From NCBI RefSeq assembly GCF_058153355.1, contig NZ_CM177019.1: 64,000 nucleotides of DNA; one strand, 5' to 3'. Position numbers and translations under genes: made by a program. Below the pieces are notes generated by a model. That model did no database searches. It worked only from the letters and a program-made list of their open reading frames with translations, and was not told the origin of the DNA. Below are positions 27,531 through 38,848 of the stretch, piece after piece; positions within the stretch are counted from its first letter, which is position 1, and the number at the start of each line of letters is the position of its first letter.

Positions 27531-27557
27531 AAAAAACCCGCTTCGGCGGGTTTTTTT
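27531..27557 (+). terminator. Intrinsic terminator of rplM-rpsI
   Basis: AAAAAA-CCCGC-TTCG-GCGGG-TTTTTTT. Confidence 0.8.
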
Positions 27558-27890
27558 ATGGCTAAAATCTGAATCAGCGTAAAAAAAGGAATGTTGATTT
27601 TTGCTGTCGCCTGACAGACAGAAAACAAAAACCACATCGCCGATAAGGGACTAAGTCAACCATTTCAGACTAAAGCGCATCTCTTTTTCCCCATTTCCGG
27701 CATCGACTCACCACAAAGGTCACAAAATCTGGTAAACTATCATCCAATTTTCTGCCCAAATGTCGGGTATTGCTCATTTTTTGTTTGATTTTCGAACAAA
27801 GAGAGTCGTTCCTTACTGGGTAACACAACTTCTGACTGGCCACCTGGTGGCTGGTAGCAGTAAAAATTCTGACTATACCTGGAGGTTTTC

Positions 27891-28529
27891 ATGGCTGTCG
27901 CTGCCAACAAACGTTCGGTAATGACGCTGTTTTCCGGTCCTACTGACATCTATAGCCATCAGGTCCGCATTGTGCTGGCTGAGAAAGGTGTAAGTTTCGA
28001 GATCGAACACGTGGAAAAGGACAATCCGCCTCAGGATCTGATTGACCTCAACCCGAATCAGAGCGTTCCGACCCTGGTGGATCGTGAGCTGACCCTGTGG
28101 GAATCTCGCATCATTATGGAATATCTGGATGAGCGTTTCCCGCATCCGCCACTGATGCCTGTTTACCCGGTAGCTCGCGGTGAAAGCCGTCTGTACATGC
28201 ATCGCATCGAAAAAGACTGGTACACGCTGATGAACACCATCATCAACGGTTCAGCTTCTGAAGCAGATGCCGCACGTAAGCAACTGCGCGAAGAACTGCT
28301 GGCGATTGCGCCGGTCTTCGGTCAGAAGCCGTACTTCCTGAGCGATGAGTTCAGCCTGGTCGATTGCTACCTTGCTCCGCTGCTGTGGCGTCTGCCGCAA
28401 CTGGGTATCGAGTTCAGCGGTCCGGGTGCGAAAGAGCTGAAAGGCTATATGACCCGCGTCTTTGAACGTGACTCTTTCCTTGCTTCTTTAACTGAAGCAG
28501 AACGTGAAATGCGTCTGGGCCGGAGTTAA
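27891..28529 (+). CDS. sspA: Stringent starvation protein A (GST-like, RNAP-associated)
   Basis: 212-aa ORF (MAVAANKRSVMTLFSGPTDIYSHQVRIVLAEKGV...). Confidence 0.96.
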   Translation: MAVAANKRSVMTLFSGPTDIYSHQVRIVLAEKGVSFEIEHVEKDNPPQDLIDLNPNQSVPTLVDRELTLWESRIIMEYLDERFPHPPLMPVYPVARGESRLYMHRIEKDWYTLMNTIINGSASEADAARKQLREELLAIAPVFGQKPYFLSDEFSLVDCYLAPLLWRLPQLGIEFSGPGAKELKGYMTRVFERDSFLASLTEAEREMRLGRS

Positions 28530-28534
28530 TCTGT

Positions 28535-29032
28535 ATGGATTTGTCACAGCTAACACCACGTCGTCCCTATCTGCTGCGTGCATTCTATGAGTGGTTGCTG
28601 GATAACCAGCTCACGCCGCACCTGGTGGTGGATGTGACGCTCCCTGGCGTGCAGGTTCCTATGGAATATGCGCGTGACGGGCAAATCGTACTCAACATTG
28701 CGCCGCGTGCTGTCGGCAATCTGGAACTGGCGAATGATGAGGTGCGCTTTAACGCGCGCTTTGGTGGCATTCCGCGTCAGGTTTCTGTGCCGCTGGCTGC
28801 CGTGCTGGCTATCTACGCCCGTGAAAATGGCGCAGGCACGATGTTTGAACCTGAAGCTGCCTACGATGAAGATGCCAGCATCATGAATGATGAAGAGGCA
28901 TCGGCAGACAACGAAACCGTTATGTCGGTTATTGATGGCGACAAGCCAGATCACGATGATGACACTCATCCTGACGATGAACCACCGCAGCCACCACGCG
29001 GTGGTCGACCGGCATTACGCGTTGTGAAGTAA
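28535..29032 (+). CDS. sspB: ClpXP specificity-enhancing adaptor SspB
   Basis: 165-aa ORF with an acidic linker and the C-terminal ClpX-binding tail RGGRPALRVVK. Confidence 0.95.
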   Translation: MDLSQLTPRRPYLLRAFYEWLLDNQLTPHLVVDVTLPGVQVPMEYARDGQIVLNIAPRAVGNLELANDEVRFNARFGGIPRQVSVPLAAVLAIYARENGAGTMFEPEAAYDEDASIMNDEEASADNETVMSVIDGDKPDHDDDTHPDDEPPQPPRGGRPALRVVK

Positions 29033-29038
29033 AAGGAA

Positions 29039-29066
29039 AACAGGCCCTGGCGGCCTGTTTTGTCTT
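29039..29066. terminator. Bidirectional terminator between convergent sspB and dcuD
   Basis: AACAGGCC-CTGGC-GGCCTGTT hairpin with T-rich tracts on both strands. Confidence 0.65.
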
Positions 29067-29075
29067 CTTTATCGC

Positions 29076-30443
29076 TTAATAAAATAGCGTGATTGTGGCA
29101 ATCATATTCACCACGAAACCGACTGCCATGGGGATCGCTGTCCGCTTCACCACTGCAAAAGGCGAAACACCTGCAATTCCTGATGTAACGACCACCACCG
29201 CAGTAATCGGCGAAACAGCGCGCGCTAGCGTCGTGGCAAAATGCATCGGCATAATCATTACAACCGCTGGTACATGTAGTCCGGCTGCGATATTCGGAAT
29301 AAGACTGGCAAATGACATAAATGGCGCATTGCCTGAGCCCATCACAATGGCACAAATGGCAATGACCAGCGCCATAATAATCATCACGCCAATACCGCCC
29401 AGACCAGAATGCTCCGCACCCCTGATAACCGCATCGACAGTGCCAATCGTCGTTAAGCCTTTCGCAAATATTTCACCCGCGACCACCAGCGTTACCACGT
29501 TGGCAAACTGCGTACCCATGCCGTCAAAAAACGCCTGCACATCGTCCATTGTTTCGCGCAAGTTATGCTTGCGGAAGAACTCAACAAACATCGTCACCGT
29601 CAAACTCAGTAACATCACCACCACCAGATGCAGTTCTGACTGCATCAGCCCGACGTGGGCGAGGAACAGCGAGCCGAGCATCAGGATTAACGGCATCACC
29701 GGTAAAATGGCGTAATAGAGCGGCGGGACATTATCGAGAGCTTTTTGCTCTGCCTGTTCGTGATTGATATTTTTATCTTTTTTGTCGAAAGCGCGTTGCA
29801 CGAAAAAGTGAGAGATCGCTACCGAGATAATGACGCAAGAGGCGACCGGAAGCTGGTAGTGGAAGAAGTAAGTGGCAATTTTCATTCCTGCCACCTGGGC
29901 CGCAAAAATAGAGTTCGTTTCCAGAATCCCCCACTCAATGGACATCGTGGTTGCGATAACTGCCACCGCAGAGAGTCGACTTACTCCCAGACTCACTAGT
30001 GTTGGAAATAAGGTGACCATCAGCAACATACCCAGACCGGAGGCGCTGGTAATAAACTGCGCCATGATTTGGCCGATAACGTAAGTTGCCGACAGAATAA
30101 GATACGGCGAGCGAATGAGTTTTAACGGGCGGCTTAACAAGCTCACCATCGCCCGACTGGCTCCTATGCGCTCCATGTAGCGGGCATACCCGCCCACCGC
30201 CATAATCGACAACCCTAACCCGGCAATGCGGTTGGACAGCATGCGCAGGATTTCATTATAAATATCGACGATCAAGTAGCCGCTGCTTTTGGCGGGATCG
30301 AGCACACCACCGAACCCTAACCAGACACCGCACATCATCAGGAAGATACCTGCGGCAGCCAGCACCACCTGAGGTTTGTAGTTTTTCAGGATCAAATAGC
30401 CCATCGTAATTAATACGATGACAGATATAATTATGCCGAACAT
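29076..30443 (-). CDS. dcuD: DcuC-family anaerobic C4-dicarboxylate transporter paralogue DcuD
   Basis: ORF 29076..30461 trimmed to the ATG at 30443 ([25 protein letters not shown]), giving 455 aa. It is polytopic. Confidence 0.88.
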   Translation of the reverse strand: MFGIIISVIVLITMGYLILKNYKPQVVLAAAGIFLMMCGVWLGFGGVLDPAKSSGYLIVDIYNEILRMLSNRIAGLGLSIMAVGGYARYMERIGASRAMVSLLSRPLKLIRSPYLILSATYVIGQIMAQFITSASGLGMLLMVTLFPTLVSLGVSRLSAVAVIATTMSIEWGILETNSIFAAQVAGMKIATYFFHYQLPVASCVIISVAISHFFVQRAFDKKDKNINHEQAEQKALDNVPPLYYAILPVMPLILMLGSLFLAHVGLMQSELHLVVVMLLSLTVTMFVEFFRKHNLRETMDDVQAFFDGMGTQFANVVTLVVAGEIFAKGLTTIGTVDAVIRGAEHSGLGGIGVMIIMALVIAICAIVMGSGNAPFMSFASLIPNIAAGLHVPAVVMIMPMHFATTLARAVSPITAVVVVTSGIAGVSPFAVVKRTAIPMAVGFVVNMIATITLFY

Positions 30444-30823
30444 TGTTGAACTCCGTGTCAAAAGAAAACGGTCAATCCCATAAACGGCAGATTGAAAACA
30501 GTGATGTTATATTTTTTGCAAGGCTATTTATGGTGTTGGTGTCGTATTTTTTAATTCTGGATGAGGCAATTTTTCATTATAAAATATGCATTTATGATTA
30601 TTTTGTAAGAACATGTTCGTAATATTCATAATGCTTGTGAATAGTCTTATGAATAATTCATTCAGGATGTTTTTATCTGCGTTACACTAATTTTTCGCAA
30701 TAGTTAATTATTCAGTTAATTATAGTAATGATGAGGCACAAAGAGAAAATCCCGCCATTTCCCCCTACTTTCAATCCTGTGATAGGATGTCACTGATGAT
30801 GTTAATCACACTGACCTTACAGA

Positions 30824-31615
30824 ATGGGCCTTATGAACGCATTTGATTCGCAAACCGAAGATTCTTCACCTGCAATTGGTCGCAACTTGCGCAGCCGCCC
30901 GCTGGCGCGTAAAAAACTCTCCGAAATGGTGGAAGAAGAGCTGGAACAGATGATCCGCCGTCGTGAATTTGGCGAAGGTGAACAATTACCGTCTGAACGC
31001 GAACTGATGGCGTTCTTTAACGTCGGGCGTCCTTCGGTGCGTGAAGCGCTGGCAGCGTTAAAACGCAAAGGTCTGGTGCAAATAAACAACGGCGAACGCG
31101 CCCGCGTCTCACGTCCTTCTGCGGACACCATCATCGGCGAGCTTTCCGGCATGGCGAAAGATTTCCTTTCTCATCCTGGCGGGATTGCCCATTTCGAACA
31201 ATTACGTCTGTTCTTTGAATCCAGCCTGGTGCGCTATGCGGCTGAACACGCCACCGATGAGCAAATCGATTTGCTGGCAAAAGCACTGGAAATCAACAGT
31301 CAGTCGCTTGATAACAACGCGGCATTCATTCGTTCAGACGTTGATTTCCACCGCGTGCTGGCGGAGATCCCCGGTAACCCAATCTTCATGGCGATCCACG
31401 TTGCCCTGCTCGACTGGCTGATCGCCGCACGTCCAACCGTGGCTGATCAGGCTCTGCACGAGCATAACAACGTTAGCTATCAACAGCATATTGCGATCGT
31501 TGATGCGATCCGCCGCCACGATCCCGATGAAGCCGATCGCGCGTTGCAATCGCATCTCAACAGCGTCTCTGCTACCTGGCACGCCTTCGGTCAGACCACC
31601 AACAAAAAGAAATAA
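30824..31615 (+). CDS. nanR: GntR/FadR-family sialic-acid regulon repressor NanR
   Basis: 263-aa ORF with a GntR winged HTH ([31 protein letters not shown]). Confidence 0.93.
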   Translation: MGLMNAFDSQTEDSSPAIGRNLRSRPLARKKLSEMVEEELEQMIRRREFGEGEQLPSERELMAFFNVGRPSVREALAALKRKGLVQINNGERARVSRPSADTIIGELSGMAKDFLSHPGGIAHFEQLRLFFESSLVRYAAEHATDEQIDLLAKALEINSQSLDNNAAFIRSDVDFHRVLAEIPGNPIFMAIHVALLDWLIAARPTVADQALHEHNNVSYQQHIAIVDAIRRHDPDEADRALQSHLNSVSATWHAFGQTTNKKK

Positions 31616-31678
31616 TGCCACTTTAGTGAAGCAGATCGCATTATAAGCTTTCTGTATGGGGTGTTGCTTAATTGATCT

Positions 31679-31701
31679 GGTATAACAGGTATAAAGGTAT
31701 A
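31679..31701 (+). promoter_or_regulatory. NanR operator: three GGTATA repeats at the nanA promoter
   Basis: GGTATA occurs at 31679-84, 31688-93 and 31696-701 (GGTATAACAGGTATAAAGGTATA), 36 nt upstream of the nanA ATG. This matches the published NanR operator architecture. Confidence 0.78.
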
Positions 31702-31736
31702 TCGTTTATCAGACAAGCATCACTTCAGAGGTATTT

Positions 31737-32630
31737 ATGGCAACGAATTTACGTGGCGTAATGGCCGCACTCCTGACTCCTTTTGATCAACAACAAGCAC
31801 TGGATAAAGCGAGTCTGCGTCGCCTGGTTCAGTTCAATATTCAGCAGGGCATCGACGGTTTATACGTGGGTGGTTCTACCGGCGAAGCCTTTGTACAAAG
31901 CCTTTCCGAGCGTGAACAGGTACTGGAAATCGTCGCCGAAGAGGCGAAAGGCAAGATTAAACTCATCGCTCATGTAGGTTGCGTCAGCACTGCTGAAAGC
32001 CAACAGCTTGCATCTTCAGCCAAACGTTATGGCTTCGATGCCGTCTCCGCCGTCACGCCGTTCTACTACCCTTTCAGCTTTGAAGAACACTGCGATCACT
32101 ATCGGGCAATTATTGATTCGGCGGATGGGTTGCCGATGGTGGTGTACAACATTCCGGCGTTAAGCGGCGTTAAACTGACCCTGGATCAGATTAACACTCT
32201 GGTTACGTTGCCTGGTGTCGGCGCGCTGAAACAGACCTCTGGCGATCTCTATCAGATGGAGCAGATCCGTCGTGAACATCCGGATCTGGTGCTCTATAAC
32301 GGTTACGACGAAATCTTTGCTTCTGGTTTGTTGGCGGGCGCTGATGGTGGTATCGGTAGTACTTACAACATTATGGGCTGGCGTTATCAGGGTATCGTGA
32401 AGGCGCTGAAAGAAGGCGATATCCAGACCGCGCAGAAGCTGCAAACCGAATGTAATAAAGTCATTGATTTACTGATCAAAACGGGCGTATTCCGCGGCCT
32501 GAAAACGGTCCTGCACTATATGGATGTCGTTTCTGTGCCGCTGTGCCGCAAACCGTTTGGTCCGGTCGATGAAAAATATCTGCCAGAACTGAAGGCGCTA
32601 GCCCAGCAGTTGATGCAAGAGCGCGGGTGA
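31737..32630 (+). CDS. nanA: N-acetylneuraminate lyase
   Basis: 297-aa ORF of the DHDPS/NAL family with the Schiff-base lysine context GALKQTSGD. Confidence 0.96.
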   Translation: MATNLRGVMAALLTPFDQQQALDKASLRRLVQFNIQQGIDGLYVGGSTGEAFVQSLSEREQVLEIVAEEAKGKIKLIAHVGCVSTAESQQLASSAKRYGFDAVSAVTPFYYPFSFEEHCDHYRAIIDSADGLPMVVYNIPALSGVKLTLDQINTLVTLPGVGALKQTSGDLYQMEQIRREHPDLVLYNGYDEIFASGLLAGADGGIGSTYNIMGWRYQGIVKALKEGDIQTAQKLQTECNKVIDLLIKTGVFRGLKTVLHYMDVVSVPLCRKPFGPVDEKYLPELKALAQQLMQERG

Positions 32631-32738
32631 GTTGTTTCCCCTCGCTCGCCCCTACCGGGTGAGGGGAAATAAACGCATCTGTACCCTACAATTTTTATAC
32701 CAAAGCGTGTGGGCATCGCCCACCGCGGGAGACTCACA

Positions 32739-34229
32739 ATGAGTACTACAACCCAGAATATCCCGTGGTATCGCCATCTCAACCGCGCACAATGGCGCGC
32801 ATTTTCCGCTGCCTGGTTGGGATATCTGCTTGACGGTTTTGATTTCGTTTTAATCGCCCTGGTACTCACCGAAGTACAAGGTGAATTCGGGCTGACGACG
32901 GTACAGGCGGCAAGTCTGATCTCCGCAGCCTTTATCTCTCGCTGGTTCGGCGGCCTGATGCTTGGCGCTATGGGCGACCGCTACGGGCGTCGTCTGGCAA
33001 TGGTTACCAGTATCGTTCTCTTCTCGGCCGGGACGCTGGCCTGCGGCTTTGCGCCAGGCTACATCACCATGTTTATTGCTCGTCTGGTCATCGGCATGGG
33101 GATGGCGGGAGAATACGGCTCCAGCGCCACCTATGTCATTGAACGCTGGCCAAAACATCTGCGTAACAAAGCCAGTGGCTTTCTGATTTCCGGCTTCTCG
33201 GTGGGTGCCGTCGTTGCCGCTCAGGTCTACAGCCTGGTGGTTCCGGTCTGGGGCTGGCGAGCGCTGTTCTTTATCGGCATTTTGCCAATCATCTTTGCTC
33301 TCTGGCTGCGTAAAAACATTCCGGAAGCGGAAGACTGGAAAGAGAAACACGCAGGTAAAGCACCAGTACGCACGATGGTAGACATTCTTTACCGTGGTGA
33401 ACATCGCATTGCCAATATCGTAATGACGCTGGCGGCGGCTACTGCGCTGTGGTTCTGCTTCGCTGGTAACCTGCAAAATGCCGCAATCGTCGCTGTTCTC
33501 GGGCTGTTATGTGCCGCAATCTTTATCAGCTTTATGGTTCAGAGTACGGGCAAACGCTGGCCAACGGGCGTAATGCTGATGGTGGTTGTGTTATTTGCTT
33601 TCCTCTACTCATGGCCGATTCAGGCACTGCTGCCAACGTATCTGAAAACCGATCTTGCTTATGACCCGCATACTGTTGCCAATGTGCTGTTCTTTAGTGG
33701 CTTTGGTGCGGCGGTGGGGTGCTGCGTCGGTGGCTTCCTCGGTGACTGGCTGGGAACCCGCAAAGCGTACGTTTGCAGTCTGCTGGCCTCACAGCTGCTG
33801 ATTATTCCGGTATTTGCGATTGGTGGCGCAAACGTCTGGGTGCTCGGTCTGTTACTGTTCTTCCAGCAAATGCTTGGACAAGGGATCGCCGGGATCTTAC
33901 CGAAACTGATTGGCGGTTATTTCGATACCGACCAGCGTGCAGCGGGCCTGGGCTTTACCTACAACGTTGGCGCATTGGGCGGCGCACTGGCCCCAATCAT
34001 CGGCGCGTTGATCGCTCAACGCCTGGATCTGGGTACTGCGCTGGCATCGCTTTCGTTTAGCCTGACGTTCGTGGTGATCCTGCTGATTGGGCTGGATATG
34101 CCTTCTCGCGTTCAGCGTTGGTTGCGCCCGGAAGCGTTGCGTACTCATGACGCTATCGACGGCAAACCATTTAGCGGTGCCGTGCCGTTTGGCAGCGCTA
34201 AAAACGATTTAGTCAAAACCAAAAGTTAA
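32739..34229 (+). CDS. nanT: Sialic acid:H+ symporter (MFS)
   Basis: ORF 32709..34229 trimmed to the ATG at 32739 ([19 protein letters not shown]), giving 496 aa. The MFS motif GDRYGRR is present. Confidence 0.93.
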   Translation: MSTTTQNIPWYRHLNRAQWRAFSAAWLGYLLDGFDFVLIALVLTEVQGEFGLTTVQAASLISAAFISRWFGGLMLGAMGDRYGRRLAMVTSIVLFSAGTLACGFAPGYITMFIARLVIGMGMAGEYGSSATYVIERWPKHLRNKASGFLISGFSVGAVVAAQVYSLVVPVWGWRALFFIGILPIIFALWLRKNIPEAEDWKEKHAGKAPVRTMVDILYRGEHRIANIVMTLAAATALWFCFAGNLQNAAIVAVLGLLCAAIFISFMVQSTGKRWPTGVMLMVVVLFAFLYSWPIQALLPTYLKTDLAYDPHTVANVLFFSGFGAAVGCCVGGFLGDWLGTRKAYVCSLLASQLLIIPVFAIGGANVWVLGLLLFFQQMLGQGIAGILPKLIGGYFDTDQRAAGLGFTYNVGALGGALAPIIGALIAQRLDLGTALASLSFSLTFVVILLIGLDMPSRVQRWLRPEALRTHDAIDGKPFSGAVPFGSAKNDLVKTKS

Positions 34230-34275
34230 TCCTGTTGCCCGGTCTTCTACCGGGCCTTTCGCTAAGGGAAGATGT

Positions 34276-34961
34276 ATGTCGTTACTTGCACAACTGGATC
34301 AAAAAATCGCTGCTAACGGTGGCCTGATTGTCTCCTGCCAGCCGGTTCCGGACAGCCCACTCGATAAACCTGAAATCGTCGCCGCCATGGCATTAGCGGC
34401 AGAGCAGGCGGGAGCGGTTGCCATTCGTATTGAAGGTGTGACAAATCTGCAAGCCACGCGTGCGGTGGTGAGTGTGCCGATTATCGGGATTGTGAAACGC
34501 GATCTAGAGGATTCTCCGGTACGCATCACGGCATATATTGAAGATGTCGATGCGCTGGCGCAGGCAGGCGCGGATATCATCGCGATTGACGGCACCGACC
34601 GACCGCGTCCGGTGCCTGTTGAAACGCTACTGGCACGTATCCACCATCACGGTTTACTGGCGATGACCGACTGCTCAACGCCGGAAGACGGCCTGGCATG
34701 CCAAAAGCTGGGAGCCGAAATTATTGGCACTACGCTTTCTGGCTATACCACACCTGAAACGCCAGAAGAGCCGGATCTGGCGCTGGTGAAAACGTTGAGC
34801 GACGCCGGATGTCGGGTGATTGCCGAAGGGCGTTACAACTCGCCTGCTCAGGCGGCGGATGCGATGCGCCACGGTGCATGGGCGGTAACGGTCGGTTCTG
34901 CTATCACGCGTCTTGAACACATTTGTCAGTGGTACAACACAGCGATGAAAAAGGCGGTGCT

Positions 34962-34965
<4 letters not shown>
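34276..34965 (+). CDS. nanE: N-acetylmannosamine-6-phosphate 2-epimerase
   Basis: 229-aa ORF in nan operon order. Confidence 0.93.
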
Positions 34966-36298
<1,333 letters not shown>

Positions 36299-36317
36299 AA
36301 CTTAGTTCGTTTTAAAG

Positions 36318-36342
36318 ATTCTGCAGACACTGTCTGCAGAAT
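36318..36342. repeat. yhcG-locus palindrome copy A (intergenic)
   Basis: ATTCTGCAGAC-ACT-GTCTGCAGAAT, with perfect 11-nt arms. It lies between the convergent yhcH and yhcG 3' ends. Confidence 0.85.
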
Positions 36343-36827
36343 TCGAAACCGCTGAAATTAACGGCGTCTATAGCCTTCCTCTAGCACCGCCTGTGTTCGA
36401 ACGAGTTCGGCGGTGGAAAAACAGCAGATCGACACGAAACCAGTTGTCATCAATGCGTAACCTTCGCTGCCGACCAACAAAGGCAAAATCATCCCCAAGT
36501 TCCAGCATTAAATCCATCAGGTGATTGATCAGCGCCTCCTCAAAATCGGATTCTGAGTATTCATCTTTCAATTCCAGAAATTCGAGCACAAAGGGATCGC
36601 GTATCGCCTGTTGCGGAAGAATATGCGTCTCGGCAGGAGCGTGTTGTTGCAGCATGGCTGATTTGTCATGTGACAGTAGTGTTCGCTCATAAAATTGGGT
36701 CGCAATTTGCCGCTCTAGCTGGCGGACAGACCAACCACAGCGGAGCGCCTCTTTTTCATAAAAGCTGCGGGCGTCAGCGTTTTTAACGGAAAGTAGACGG
36801 ACGTAGGTGGACCAAGGCAGGGGGAAC

Positions 36828-36854
36828 GATTTGGCAGACAGCGTCTGCCAAATC
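36828..36854. repeat. yhcG-locus palindrome copy B (inside CDS)
   Basis: GATTTGGCAGAC-AGC-GTCTGCCAAATC, with perfect 12-nt arms. It encodes KIWQTLSAK on the minus strand. Confidence 0.85.
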
Positions 36855-36863
36855 TTTGCCGAT

Positions 36864-36896
36864 GGGAATTCTGCAGACGGTGTCTGCGGAATTCCC
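36864..36896. repeat. yhcG-locus palindrome copy C (inside CDS)
   Basis: GGGAATTCTGCAGAC-GGT-GTCTGCGGAATTCCC, with 15-nt arms and one T/C mismatch. It encodes GIPQTPSAEFP. Confidence 0.85.
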
Positions 36897-36905
36897 AATG
36901 GTGTT

Positions 36906-36932
36906 AATTCGCCAGACACTGTCTGGCGAATT
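36906..36932. repeat. yhcG-locus palindrome copy D (inside CDS)
   Basis: AATTCGCCAGAC-ACT-GTCTGGCGAATT, with perfect 12-nt arms. It encodes EIRQTVSGEL. Confidence 0.85.
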
Positions 36933-37417
36933 TCAACATGTTGAAAAAAGAGGTAAAAAAGCCTCATTTGGCGTAAGTTTTTTGCAGAGAACCCACGCTT
37001 ATACCTTAGACTTAAATCCTTTGATAGTCGCTTGATTAGCTGCGCACCATACGCAGCTCTGGCCTCGCCACCTTGTTCAAATTCGACAATTCGTCGGCCA
37101 ATTTCCCAGTACGTCGCGGTCATCAGCGCGTTAACGCTACGTACCGTTTCCGTTCGGGCGCTATCGACCAGATGAATAATGCCGTCGTGGATTTGCTGGT
37201 AGCCTGCTGTGGTTCCTTCTGAGAGCGATTCCATTATCTTTCCCTTTATATGGCGCAGTGTTGAATAATGGAATCAGCTATACGCCGGGCATCTGCCGGT
37301 AACAATCCAGATGTGCGTATTACATTGGTTTTCTTCAGATTATGCGAGGCGCTTTCCAGAACGAAAGGAGAATTTCAGCGCCGACTCTTTTCTGAGGAGG
37401 CGGCGCTGGGACAGAGC

Positions 37418-38848
<1,431 letters not shown>

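Larger units (their letters stand above)
36358..37234 (-). pseudogene. yhcG: yhcG (DUF1016, PD-(D/E)xK nuclease family) disrupted by an internal out-of-frame deletion
   Basis: The ORF 36368..37234 reads native YhcG sequence for 276 codons up to ...WFRVDLLFFHRR. It then continues with 12 unrelated codons (TRSNTGGARGRL) and a stop. The expected (D/E)xK strand that follows the conserved Asp in this family is missing. The adjacent frame of 36408..36358 encodes ELVRTQAVLEEGYRRR-stop, which I recall as the true YhcG C-terminus. Confidence 0.75.

Noticed and set aside
30444-30823. Very AT-rich 380-bp region between dcuD and nanR that might be an island remnant or sRNA locus
   Set aside because: There is no ORF, repeat, terminator-bounded unit or integrase or att-like feature. 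It is the normal divergent promoter region of a poorly expressed gene and is probably H-NS-type DNA.
36318-36932. Considered whether the yhcG palindromes are a CRISPR array or a cloning-vector polylinker (GAATTC and CTGCAG sites are embedded in them)
   Set aside because: The repeats are not direct repeats with uniform spacers. Three of them lie in frame within a conserved protein sequence, and there is no leader or cas gene. The EcoRI and PstI sites are part of the native dyad, and the flanks are contiguous chromosomal genes, so vector contamination is unlikely.
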